Positions 10,760 through 22,919 of a stretch of 64,000 nucleotides of DNA are shown here, one piece after another (the first letter of the stretch is position 1; each line of letters opens with the position of its first letter). Below the pieces are notes generated by a model that searched no databases, was not told the origin of the DNA, and saw only the letters and a program-made list of their open reading frames with translations. Made by a program: the position numbers and the translations under genes. Source of the DNA: Leucoraja ocellata (lineage: Eukaryota); the NCBI GenBank assembly GCA_036785375.1, contig JAWMAR010000635.1, positions 558,001-622,000 of the forward strand, in the 5' to 3' direction.

Positions 10760-12311
10760 TACTGTTTAATTGCAATTGCTTTCCTGTGGTCTATTTAGAT
10801 TTACGCCTGCTCTGTTGAGCAGACACACTCACTCGCCTGAGCTGGCTTGTTAGTATCTAACTGCGCACTTTCCTTCCTATTTATCTTGATGTAAGGTCGA
10901 TTGAGTCAGCTGCTTAGTAGGCGCGGTTTCTGAGCTGAGGCTGGAGAGAGAGAGAGAGGAAGAGAGAGAGCATGCAGTGGATACAGAAGAGGTGGACTGA
11001 AGAAGAGGCTGGTGTACGGCAAGATTTTACAGGGAGATAAGAGAATCGTGTTAGCCTTTCCGTGGGAGGAAGCGACGAGGGAGGGACTTGTGAGGAATCT
11101 TGCAAGAGGCGAGATGGACATCAAACGGCAACAGATCTGATGAGCCACTTGATAAAATCTCAGAGCATGTGTTCGCTCCTGTGGGGGCTGGCACTCGGGA
11201 GATTTAAGGGGCGTCGGTGCTCAGGGAATTGGTGAGCACTCCAACCGAACAGGGGCGGTGGTGGGAGTGGGGGTGGAGTGGGCAGTTGAGAGACGCCAAA
11301 GAGATTTCATAATTAAAACATGGAAATTAAAAACACTCCCAGAGCTAATGGCAGTCAAATATGGGACAAGGGCGGTCCCGTATTGGACAAACCAATTTAG
11401 CCTAATATATGGGATTTCCTGGCTAATAAGTAGGTATGTTACAAAACCTACCTGAATCGCCATTGGGAATCTGCCCACAGCCATGTGCGCGATTTTGGCG
11501 CTGTTTGGAGGGGGCGGGTTTAAAACGCGATTTTTACTAGGCTGTACTAATCGCAGATGTTCAGCCTAGTAAATCATTAACGAAAAATCGCTGCAAGACC
11601 CGGTCGCAAAAGGTATTATTAGTTTTATAGGCCTCGATAATATAGTTATAATAGTTTAAAATTACTGTCTCATTCCGCAACCTCTCGCAGCCCCAGGGTT
11701 TTATAAAGCAAACAATTAAAGGTATGTACCTTATTTTTACATTAAATGGGGCATATATATAACCCTGTATATCAAGTTATCTATAGCGAGTAGTTCATTT
11801 TGGGCTTTTTATATCCCGCAGTATTTTTCTCGGCATTTGAGGGCACTAATCCAGCGCGATGCAATGTTCTAAACCAGCGCGTTCCACATGAACCCACTAG
11901 AAAGCCGATTTAAATGGGCATTTATTTACAGCAATTGAACACTAAATTCCTTCCATTTGGCCTATAAATTAATGTAAATTAGATATAAAAATCATGTTAT
12001 ATTGTGAATTATTTGTGAATAATCTTTGGACACTTAGGCTATTTAAAAATGTTAATCTTTCCTTAAGAAATGGGCCTTTGACTATCCAAGATCACAGCTT
12101 TTTTGTAATGTCCATTGAAAATCAATAGGGAACAAGATGCTAATTTCCGAGTATGAAAATGGCCATAACTTTTTTAATACTTGAGATATGAAAGTGAATT
12201 TGGTATCAAATTAAACGTATTGTTATGCTTTATCTGATGGGATAAATTGCAGACTTGATTTTTAAAATCTCAAAATTTTGTAACATTGCTATAATAAGGG
12301 ACAGTTGGCAA
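10760..12311. mobile_element. Probable hAT (Blackjack-like) non-autonomous element, one truncated end visible; hosts the 7-bp-TSD element
   Basis: Repeated subterminal GGGAC motifs ending GGGACAGTTGGCA; left boundary uncertain. Confidence 0.4.
11431..12291. mobile_element. Non-autonomous DNA transposon, TAG...CTA termini, 7-bp TSD (copy 2)
   Basis: TAGGTATGTTACAA...TTGTAACATTGCTA; TAATAAG at 11424-11430 and 12292-12298. Confidence 0.85.
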
Positions 12312-12422
12312 AATTATTCTTAGGTCCCTTACCCTAAATCTATGTCCTCTAGTTTTATCCTCCACAAATATGGGGAAAAAATGATTCCTGGAATCTCCCA
12401 TACCCATACCACTCATAATTGT

Positions 12423-14180
12423 TCAAGTCAAGTCAAGTCAAGTCAAGTTTATTTGTCACATACACATACGAGATGTGCAGTGAAATGAAAGTGGCAATGC
12501 TCGCGGACTTTTGTGCAAAAGACAAACAACAAAACAACCAAACAAATTATAAACACAATCATAACACACATATTCTTTTACATAATAAATAATAGAAGGA
12601 AAAAATGTTCTGTAGAGTTAGTCCCTGGTGAGATGGGCGTTTACAGTCCGAATTGCCTCTGGGAAGAAACTCCTTCTCAACCTCTCCGTTCTCACTGCAT
12701 GGCAACGGAGGCGTTTGCCTGACCGTAGCGGCTGGAACAGTCCGTTGCAGGGGTGGAAGAGGTCTCTCATGATTTTGTTTGCTCTGGAGTTGCACCTCCT
12801 GTTGTATAGTTCCTGCAGTGGGGTGAGTGAAGTTCCCATAGTGCGTTCGGCCGAACGCACTACTCTCTGCAGAGCCTTCTTGTCCTTGGCAGAGCAATTC
12901 CCGAACCAGATGGTAATGTTCCCGGACAAGATGCTTTCCACCGCCGCTGCGTAGAAGCACTGAAGGATCCTCGGAGAAACTCTGAATTTCCTCAATTGCC
13001 TGAGGTGGTAAAGGCGCTGCCTTGCCTTACTCACCAGTGCTGAGGCGTGTGATGACCATGTCATATCCTCAGAGATGTGGACTCCCAGATATTTAAAACA
13101 GTTCACCCTATCCACAGGATCCCCATTTATACTCAATGGAGTGTACGTCCTCGGATGATGTGCCCTCCTAAAGTCCATGATCAGCTCCTTCGTTTTTTTG
13201 ATGTTCAAGAGGAGGCTGTTCTCCTGGCACCAGAGTGCTAGATCAGCCACCTCCTCCCGGTAGGCCTTCTCATCATTGTCTGAGATCAGGCCCACCACCG
13301 CAGTGTCATCATCAAACTTAATTATTGAATTGGAGCTGAACCTAGCCACACAGTCATGTGTGTACAAGGAGTACAATAGGGGGCTGAGGACGCAACCCTG
13401 GGGCGATCCTGTGCTCAGGGTGAGGGACTTCGATGTATTCCCTCCCATCTTGACTACCTGGGGCCTGGCGGTGAGAAAGTCCAGGACCCAGGCACACAGG
13501 GAGGTGTTGAGCCCCAATTCCCGTAGCTTCCCGGCCAGTCTGGTGGGGACTATCGTGTTGAAGGCTGAACTGTAGTCTATGAACAGCATCCTCACGTAGC
13601 CCCCCTTCTGGCTGTCCAGATGGGAGAGAGCGGTGTGCAAGACCTGGGAGACCGCATCGTCCGTGGATCTGTTCGGACGGTATGCGAACTACAACGGGTC
13701 CATGTTCCGAGGGACGAAGGCGCAGATGTGATTCTTCACCAGCCTCTCAAAGCATTTCATGACTACCGAGGTAAGGGCCACCGGACGGTAGTCATTCAGG
13801 CAGGCTGGGGAGGCATTTTTTGGTACCGGTACAATGATGGATTTTTTGAAGCAGGCAGGGACCACGGACTTGTCCAGGGAGAGGTTGAATATTGTAGTGA
13901 GCACTGGAGCTAGCTGCGTAGCACAGGACTTGAGTACTCGCCCCGAGATGCCATCGGGGCCTGCAGCTTTTCTCGTGTTCACCCGTGTCAGTGCCCTCCT
14001 AACGTCGTGCTCGGACAGCGAGAATGTGTGAACATTCCTCCCTTCAGCTTCGGTAGCCAGCCCGCTGTCGGTATTGTCGATAGTCGGCAGACCTGGAGTG
14101 GTGTTGCCCCTCTCGAAACGAGCGTAGAAGGAGTTCAGGTCGTCAGCTAGGGAGGTGCCGGCACATGCGGATGAGGGAGC
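12423..14180 (-). mobile_element. Rex1/Babar LINE, young, 5'-truncated, inserted in an old CR1-like remnant (about 12320-14352)
   Basis: [47 protein letters not shown]; (CTTGA)n tail at 12423-12447. Confidence 0.92.
12618..13982 (-). pseudogene. Rex1 reverse transcriptase, one in-frame TAG at about 13689 and FDDD in place of FADD
   Basis: ORFs 13689-13982 and 12618-13640 are in the same frame, separated by a single stop. Confidence 0.85.
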
Positions 14181-14414
14181 CTCAATGCTGTCCCCTATCC
14201 TCCTCTGGTCCGGGGTAACAGACTCAATATCTCCAGTCTCTCCTCATAACTGAAATGCTCCATCGCAGGCAATATCCTCATGAATCTCCTCTGCACCCTC
14301 TTCAATTACATCTGCCCTACGGTGTGGCGATGAGAATTGCATTCAGTACTCCCGGCAGGTGAAAAGTGCTCCATCACATCTTGCTTTGTTCTTCGTAGAC
14401 AGTGGAAATCAAAA

Positions 14415-14892
14415 GGGAGTTTACGAGGATGTTGCCAGAACTAGAGGGTGTGAGCTATAGGGAGAGGTTGAGTAGGCTGGGTCTCTATTCCTTGGAGCGC
14501 AGGAGGATGAGGGATGATTTTATAGAGATGTATAAATCATGAGAGGAATAGATCGGGTAGATGCATAGTTTCTTGCCAAGAGTGGGTGAATTGACGACTG
14601 GAGAACATGGGTTCAAGGTGAAGGGGGAAACATTTAATAGGAATCTGAGTGGTAACTTTTTCACACAAAGGGTGGTGGATGTATGGAACAAGCTGTCAGA
14701 GGAGGTCGTTGAGCCTGGAACTGTCCCAATGTTTAAGAAACAGTTAGATAGGTACATGGACAGGACATGTTTGGAGGGATATGGACCAAACACAGGCAAG
14801 TGGGACAAGTGTAGCTGGGGCATGTTGGCCAGTGTGAGCAAGTTGGGCCGAAGGGCCTGTTTCCACACTGTATCACTCTGTGACTGTATGAC
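14415..14892 (+). mobile_element. HER1-type CR1 LINE 3' end (tail shared with the SINE)
   Basis: GNFFTQRVV.VWNKL.EEVV..FKKQLDRYM; 3' GGGCCGAAGGGCCTGTTTCCACACTGTAT. Confidence 0.85.
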
Positions 14893-14899
14893 ACTACAC

Positions 14900-15900
14900 T
14901 GCCACAATGCTAGTCTCTGACCTCTTATAGCCCTGGTACTAATGCAACTGGTGCAATTGAGTTTCTGATCACAATCCTGGTGAGGAGGAGGACTTGGCAA
15001 TGTTAATGCTATTGATTGGCAAGGGTGAATGGTTGGATTTTCTTTCTGTCAGCTATGATCATTACCATGTTCGATTGTTTCATGAATGTCATTTGCTATT
15101 TATCAGTCCGTGCCTGGATATTGTCTGTGTCCTGTTGCATGTGGGAACAGACAGATTCATTTGCTGATCAGTTGCAAATGGAATTGAAAAATTTGCAGTT
15201 TTGGAAAATATTCCTACATCTGACTATATGATGCAATAAAGCAGCTGATTGAGCCTAGGACACTGCTCTGCAGGACTCCTGCATGGACTGGGATGATAGA
15301 CCTCCAATAACCACAACCATATTCCTCCGTCCAAGATATGGCTCCATCAGTTGGATTATTAAGATGCTGTTGACTTATCTGAGTTCCTTAACATCATATT
15401 TAGTCAAGAATACCTTAATCTCTCTCATTACCTCTGGAATTTAGTTTGTCAGTCAATGTTTGAGCCAACGCTGTGATGAAGTCTGGAGTTGAGGAGTCCA
15501 GGCAACATCCAAATTGAACACCAGTGAGCTGGTCATTGGCGAGCAAGCACTGTCAATGACACCTTCCATGACTTTGCTGATGATTGAGAAAGAACCGTGA
15601 GATGGTAATTAGTTGGATTGGACTTGTCCTGCTTTCTGTGAACAGCACAAACATGAGCAAATTCCCCCATTGTCCAATTGATTCTAGTTCTGTTACTCAC
15701 CAGAACAGCTTGACAAGGGGTGCAGCTAGTTCTGGACCACACGTCATTGGTGCTACAGCTGGGACGTTGATTGGTCCCATAGTACTTGGTAAACCCATTA
15801 CACTCAGCTCTTTCTTGATATGGCATGGAGTGAATTGATTTAGCATCTATGATGATGAAGATCTCAGGGGAATTGAAGACAGATCATCTATTTGGCATTT
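14900..15900 (-). mobile_element. Old CR1-like LINE RT remnant
   Basis: VHRKQDKSNPTNYH and downstream degenerate RT motifs on the minus strand. Confidence 0.6.
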
Positions 15901-17111
15901 ATGGCTGCAGATATTAACAATCTACTTCAATGCCGAGATTCACGTTTTGCCAGCAATGTTACAATGACTTGTTGTTGGAAGCTTCCATGTCTTTTCATTC
16001 ACTTAAACATTCCTGACACCAATATGAAGATCCGTGAATACCCTTCACCAGACTTGATTCAAATGAGACATTGAGGAAAACTTTGACCCCTTCACTAACT
16101 TCCCGACACCCCAACCTCACACTCACAATGGCCAGGAAGGAATCGGGATAAAGTGGGATAAAGTGGGGAATGGGCATTGTGACTTAAAGTGGTCAAAAAA
16201 AAAATCGAAACCCAACTCTGACCTCTCACTTAATGCCATATTTTCAGTCGTGCAAAAGAATATTAAAGCACCATAACAGAATAACCAAATGAGGTAGAGT
16301 TAAGAATATGGGGTGTGTAGCAGCAGCTGGGGAATAGTGTGTGAAAGAGGTGATTCAAGGGTTAAATAACAATGAGGAAAAAACTGATCTTAACAGCTAA
16401 GCTTTTAACCTGTATTTTCTGTGAATAGACAGTGGAGAAAAAAGAATGCCCAGGGAGGCAGTGTGGTGGCATTGGATGATGCTCTGCAGAGGAAGGTCAG
16501 TGATTTTTAATATGTTAATAAGGCTGCTTTCCTCTGATTATTGCTGCAATTTAATCATAATCATCCAGATTTCATTGGCCTCAGGAAACTCAACAGCTTA
16601 AGGAAGGAGGAGGCTTAGTGACACAACACATTGTCCAACGCAAATCTTCTGCCAATTATAACTAAAACTCTTCATTTCTCTTCTCTCTGCAGGTACCCCT
16701 CTCTCTTCCCTCACAATCATGATCCAAGTTCCTCCTCCCACGAACCCATTATATTTTACTGGAAGGGTTTAAATATCCACAGATGATAGAGAATGCGATT
16801 GGAGGTAATACAGTTAAGGTTGAAAAAAGATAACTGTAAAACTGTAATTTTAAACAGTTAGAGCACAATAGCCCATTTCTGTTCTATGAACTCAGTGGGG
16901 ATGGTATATGCTTTTGATCACTAAAGTATGTGAGAGAATTGGCCACAAATTGAATTCATTTCAGATTTGGTTCTATTCAGTTAACAGCCAGTTGCCAAAG
17001 AGGTTATCTTTCAATGTAATTAATTGTAAGATTCTATATTAGAATTACCTTGATATTTGAATCATTAGAATTCAAGTGTACAATTTAAACTGTGTCTATT
17101 CTAACTATGCT

Positions 17112-17287
17112 TCTGCATCTTATCGAGTCCACACACAAGATTAGAAGTTGTTCAGCCAGAGCTGAACACACTTCTCGGCATCTGCATACAATGGTGTCTG
17201 TCTTGTTGCTTCTTGTGCTTCTTGTGCGTGGTGGTGGAAAGATTGGTGGAAACAGGGCCGCGATGTGAACGCCCTTTCCTTCACCCC
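17112..17287 (-). mobile_element. Short (176 bp) unclassified retroposed insertion
   Basis: 13-bp TSD TTCTAACTATGCT at 17099-17111 and 17288-17300; internal hairpin GTTCAGC-CAGA-GCTGAAC; strand is tentative. Confidence 0.7.
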
Positions 17288-17881
17288 TTCTAACTATGCT
17301 AAACTTATTGGAACTTAGCTCTGTGTACTTTAGTTGTTTTATTGAGAGGAGTTGTTACTGGGATCACATGTAGAGAGGATGTTTTACTATTTTATTACAT
17401 TGTGCATTATTTTATCTGACTATAAGTAAGCATATTAGTTCTATTTTGTTTGAATAAAATGCTATTGATTCTTCAAGCTTATATGTTTACGCTACTTAAG
17501 ATTCTGCCTTTTTATTTTAACAAAATGTGGTAAAATGCAAAAGCTTTTTAAAAATATATTTTTATATTGAGATTCCTAAACTCTGGTTTTATTAAGAATA
17601 TCATTTTGTAATGTGTTAAGGTACAACATTTGGCAACAAATCATTAAAATGATCTCTAACTGTTTAGATGGAATGCATTATTCATTTTCAAACAGTGATT
17701 CACATTCTGTAAAAGTTGTCAAAAACAACTCAAGTTACTCACTTCCAGCTCTTGAACCCAGGAGGCCACATTACCAAATCATTCATTGACACCTTTCCTT
17801 CTCTCTGACTAAACAAGATGGCATAAAACTGGAAGCAGAAGCAGCTAACTAGAGGAGAACTAGTAGAATTGCAATTCTTAA

Positions 17882-18440
17882 AGGGCCTGTCCCACGAGCA
17901 TGCAACTGCATGCGGCGAGCGCGACCTAATGTGGTAGCTTGAGCCATACGGCCTCGCAGGGCCGGTCCCACTTCGATCGTCGGAGCCGTATGGAGTTGTG
18001 CGGGGCTGGTCCGGACATCGCGCGGGGCTCCGAAAAACTGACACCGTCCAAAAATCCCATGCGGCAACGGCCTGTCGGCCCGCAGCCGCATTTGAGGCCA
18101 TACGCAGCACCTCGACGGGCGTACGCAGCGTTTCGACGCCGGACGCAGCGTCTCAATGCCGTACGTAGCATCTGGACGGCATACGCCTAGCGCATGACGT
18201 TGTGCGATGACGTCACCGCCCGGCGTGCCGTTGCGTGATGATATAACCGCCCGACGCCGTGCGACGTCCAAATTCAGTAGGCCCGCCTCCAGCCCAGCAG
18301 ATTGGTGAGTATGATGTCGGGACCAGCTCCATGCGGCTCAGCGGTTGGAAGTGGGACCGGCCCCGTGAGGCCGTACGCCTCAAGCCACCACATTTGGTCG
18401 CGCTCGCCGCATGCAGTCGCATGCTGGTGGGACAGGGCCT
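17882..18440. mobile_element. PIF/Harbinger-like MITE, CpG-rich, long fold-back arms
   Basis: AGGGCCTGTCCCAC...GTGGGACAGGGCCT; TAA TSD; imperfect inverted arms of more than 100 bp. Confidence 0.88.
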
Positions 18441-19039
18441 TAACCCTCATAAAGGAAACAGTAATCAACATTGTTGGAACAGTCAAAACTGGTGTCATAG
18501 CCATATTATGCTACTCCTCCTGTCGACTCTGCATCTTCCCCTCAACCCAAACCATCTTCTGTTTCATCAAGCTGTAACCCTCCCAATCTCATCATTCTTC
18601 ATCCTTCAGGTATTGGATAGAGATGTGGTGGGAAATGTAGACTACAGCTCGGGCAATGAGCATGGAAAGGGTAAAACAACAAATGGGTCCGCTTTAATGA
18701 GTGATGACAACTCAAAGGGGGTGGGTTACAGAAGGAAATTGATGAGTTTGTACACCACAATACTTGGTTCGCATAGATCTGTAGCAGCAAGTCTGGTTTT
18801 CTATTTGTCAGTATCTATTTGCCCTGCATGCTTCCTGCATATATTCACTGGTTGTTTTTGGACTTGCTCACTAATATAGAAAATTGTAGTTGGTGTAATG
18901 TATCCCACAACTGTGTGGATACGCCTCAGAAACCATTTTATGGAGATCTTATAGGCCTGTCCCACTTAGGCAATTTTTCAGGTGACTGCCGGCGACTGTC
19001 AAGTCGTAGCAGGTCGCTGAAATACCGGCGACTGGAACG

Positions 19040-19179
19040 NNNNNNNNNNNNNNNNNNNNNNNNNNNNNNNNNNNNNNNNNNNNNNNNNNNNNNNNNNNNN
19101 NNNNNNNNNNNNNNNNNNNNNNNNNNNNNNNNNNNNNNNNNNNNNNNNNNNNNNNNNNNNNNNNNNNNNNNNNNNNNNN
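19040..19179. other. Assembly gap (N run)
   Basis: Run of N. Confidence 1.
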
Positions 19180-19258
19180 TTATACAGGCAGGGGACAGGG
19201 CAAGCGGGGATAGCGCTGTCTGAGTGAAATTCACACGGTGCAAAGCCAATGTGATACA

Positions 19259-19744
19259 GACATAGAAACATAGAAACATAGAAAATAGGTGCAGGAGTAG
19301 GCCATTCGGCCCTTCGAACCTGCACCGCCATTCAATATGATCATGGCTGATCATCCAACTCAGTATCCTGTACCTGCCTTCTCTCCATACCCTGTGATAC
19401 CTTTAGCCACAAGGGCCACATCTAACTCCCTCTTAAATATAGCCAATGAACTGTCCTCAACTACCTTCTGTGGCAGAGAATTCCACAGATTCACCACTCT
19501 CTGTGTGAAAATTTTTTTTCTCATCTCGGCCCTAAAAGACTTCCCCCTTATCCTTAAACTGTGACCCCTTGTTCTGGACTTCCCCAACATCGGGAACAAT
19601 CTTCCTGCATCTAGCCTGTCCAACCCCTTCAGAATTTTGTACGTTTCTATAAGATCCCCACCCCATCTTCCCCCCTCAATCTTCTAAATTCTAACAAGTA
19701 CAAGCCGAGTCTATCCAGTCTTTCTTCATATGAAAGTCCTGACA
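19259..19744 (-). mobile_element. CR1 3' end nested in the MITE
   Basis: ORF 19360-19623 is the CR1 C-terminus; (ATGTTTCT)n tail. Confidence 0.9.
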
Positions 19745-22700
19745 CACAGGGCGATGAACAGGAAGGCTAGCGCTGTAATTAAAGCACAGTGTACGGGAAG
19801 GGTCACGTGTCCTTTAAAAGAGTGGGGGAGAGGGGGGGAGAGGGGGGTAGAGGGGGGCAGATGGGGTGGGGAGAAGGAGTGGAGACAACGTTTATGAAGC
19901 CAGAGATACACGGCTGTGAAGCTCGGCAGACATTAACATTACTGGTCGTTATCCTTGGTTCTGAAAACTACTGTTTACTTTTAGTTTTCCCAATGAGCCA
20001 ATGAATTTCACCGGTCAGCACCGGCTACAATATACGAGAACCCACGACAACCTACGACCTCCTGGCGACCCACTACCGCTGCACCCACAGCACGGGAATT
20101 CTCACTAATCTCCGTGGCGGCTTCATTCTGGTCGCCGGTAATTTTGCAACACGTCCAAACATGTTGAAAAATTAGCGGCGACCAGAATGAAGCCGCGACT
20201 AGTTCCGAGAAGGCGGGAACTGCTCACCACCATGAAGACAGCTCCCCGGCAACCACCCGCGAACATGTGGCAACCATGTGCCGACTGCGTAGTCTCCTGT
20301 AGTCGCCTAAAAAGTCGCCTAAGTGGGACAGGCCCATAAGGGATCTAGTAATTCCCACAAAATAGATGCTAACAATCCTCTCTACATGCTGACTAGCTTC
20401 AGTGAGTCTTCCATCTTTGAGAATAATGATAATATTTCTATTGTACCATAGACATATATTAGGTAACGTATTATATAAGTTGTCATTGGTAACAACTGAA
20501 TAGCAAAATTATTTATAGTTAGTGATTGTAATTTACAAAAGCAGACATTTCCATCTCAAAGAGTTCATATGTCATTGAAAAATAGGAATAGAGCATAATG
20601 ATTTTCTGGAGACACAAGAGACTACAGATTCTGGAATCTGGAACAAAAATCAAAGTGCTGGTCAAGCTCCTGCATTACAGTTCCAGGATAACAGCAATAA
20701 AATTTTTCTCCTTTATAGAGTCATAGAGCCATGCAGCATGGAAACAGGCCCCTTCGGCCCAACAAGCCCATGCCAACCAAGATGCCCCATCCATGCTAGT
20801 CCCATCTGTCTGTGTTTGGCACATACGATAGCTTATTGCACAGAAACTCCTATGAATCGTAATTTTCATAAATTATTTATCGAAATATTAAGCATAAATT
20901 GGCTTTATTCAGTATTAATGCTTTAGTGATAATCAAAATAATAGGTCGCATTTGTTGAAAACCAAATCAGTTCAATAACCAATAACTACTTCAAATGAAA
21001 TAATGTGATATCTGCAAACAGCACCAGATGCAAGCCCTGTTTACCGCCCTTATGGTGCATTTTTACAGTAGATAGAATGCTTTTGCCCGCCAATTACACC
21101 AAACAGTTCAGTATAATATTCATTGCATGTAACAGCTGATTTGGTCAGATGCTTCATTGACTGTGCTAATGGAAACATTATCACAAAAATTACTGAAAAT
21201 AGCAGTTTTGTTTAATTGTGCAAATAATTAGCTGTTTGAAATATGCTGGGGGCATTTTTGGTGTGTGGTTTAAAGTGTGTGCTTTTCAACATTGTTTTTT
21301 ATAAAATATATTATACTGAGCTCAGAAAAAAATACCAAGAGTGCCCACTTTAGAACTACAGGTAAAATATAGAAAATAACAATGTGGCCTATGCCTCACA
21401 GCATCCCAACATAAATAACGACAGCATGTAAAACCAATACGCAGGGTTGAAACTAATTGAGCCTTCGGATATGGCTACATTTCCTGACAGATTAAATAAT
21501 TTTCTCTTCTTCTGCAGGTAACATTAAATACATTGAAAAAAACCCATATAACTGTGCTATATTTAAATAAGATATGAATGAATAGGCAAAAAAAAAAATC
21601 AAACATTTTTTTCACACATCATTTTCACACAAAGGATGGTTGGTGTATGAAACGAGCTGCCAGATGAGGCAGTTGAGGCAGCACATGGATAGGGCAGGTT
21701 TGGAGTGATATGGGCCCAAGGCAGCAGGTGGGACTAGTGTAGATGGTACATGTTGGCGGGTGTGGGCAAGTTGGATCTATTTCCGCTCTGTAAAACTGTG
21801 ACTGGAGAAAAGGAACAGCGGATGTTTCGGGTCGAGAACAGTGTGAAGAAGGGTCTCGAACCAAAACGTTACATGTTCCTTTTCTACAGAGATCCTGTCT
21901 GTCCCGCTGAGTTACTCCAGCCATTTGTGTCTATCTTTGGTTTATCTGCAGCTCTTTCCTCTACATTTGAGGAGTTGACGTTGCAATCATCATACCTGAG
22001 TTTAAGATGTAAGGAAGGTCAATGATGAAACAGCTGCAGGTGTTTGACCCAAGAAAGTACCTGATGTCCTGGGCAACCATAGCCACTTTCTATTGTTCAA
22101 CGTGTGACCATATCTAATGGGATTTTTTTCTATGGTCCTGTGGACTTTGTTTTGGTATAGCTCCAAGGTGCCACGTTTAGTCAAACACTAGCTTGGCTTG
22201 AAGGCAATTTAGCAACCTCAATTAACCTCTGAAATGCAACATGTCTAGACTAAGACAGGTATGGAGCCAAGTAGAATAAAAACTGAGCCTAGGTAAATAG
22301 CTACTTGGTAAATATCCCCAGACAACACCAACAACCATAGCCTCCATCAGTTTTCTGATGATTAAGACTAGCATGGTAATTAAGTGCATTGGATCTATTC
22401 TGCTTTTTGTAAAAAGGATATGCCTGAGCAATCTTCCATATGCTGTTTGACAGCCTATAGTACAGCTGTGCTTGAATGGCTTGGCTATGACAGGACTGAA
22501 TTTAAAGCACTCCCTTTGGATGTTGTCAGGATTCTAGCCTTGGGTGTATCCATTGCTCAGTCATTTCTTGATATCATTCAGTGTGTTTCAAATTGGCTAA
22601 AAAGTAGCTTTAGTGATCATGGATGTTTACGTGAAGGTCAAGATTGATCTACCAGTCAACAATGGTTACATATTTTACCCTTGTTTGTTTAAAGGAATTG

Positions 22701-22919
22701 GAAGAATGAGGGGTGACCTTATTCAACCATATATGTAAGAGCTCCTTAAGAATTGACAGGGTTGATATTGGAATGTTTTTACTAATGAGAGTCTCAAATG
22801 AGGGGATATAACTACAAGGACATAGGTCAGTCATTTAGCACTTAGGATATGGTGACATTTCTTCTTGCAGAGGGTGGTGAATCTCTGGAATTTTGAACAT
22901 CACTGGAACCTGATAAGTT

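Larger units (their letters stand above)
18952..20336. mobile_element. PIF/Harbinger-like MITE spanning a gap and a CR1 insertion
   Basis: GGCCTGTCCCACTTAGGC / GCCTAAGTGGGACAGGCC; flanks TTA and TAA. Confidence 0.8.
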
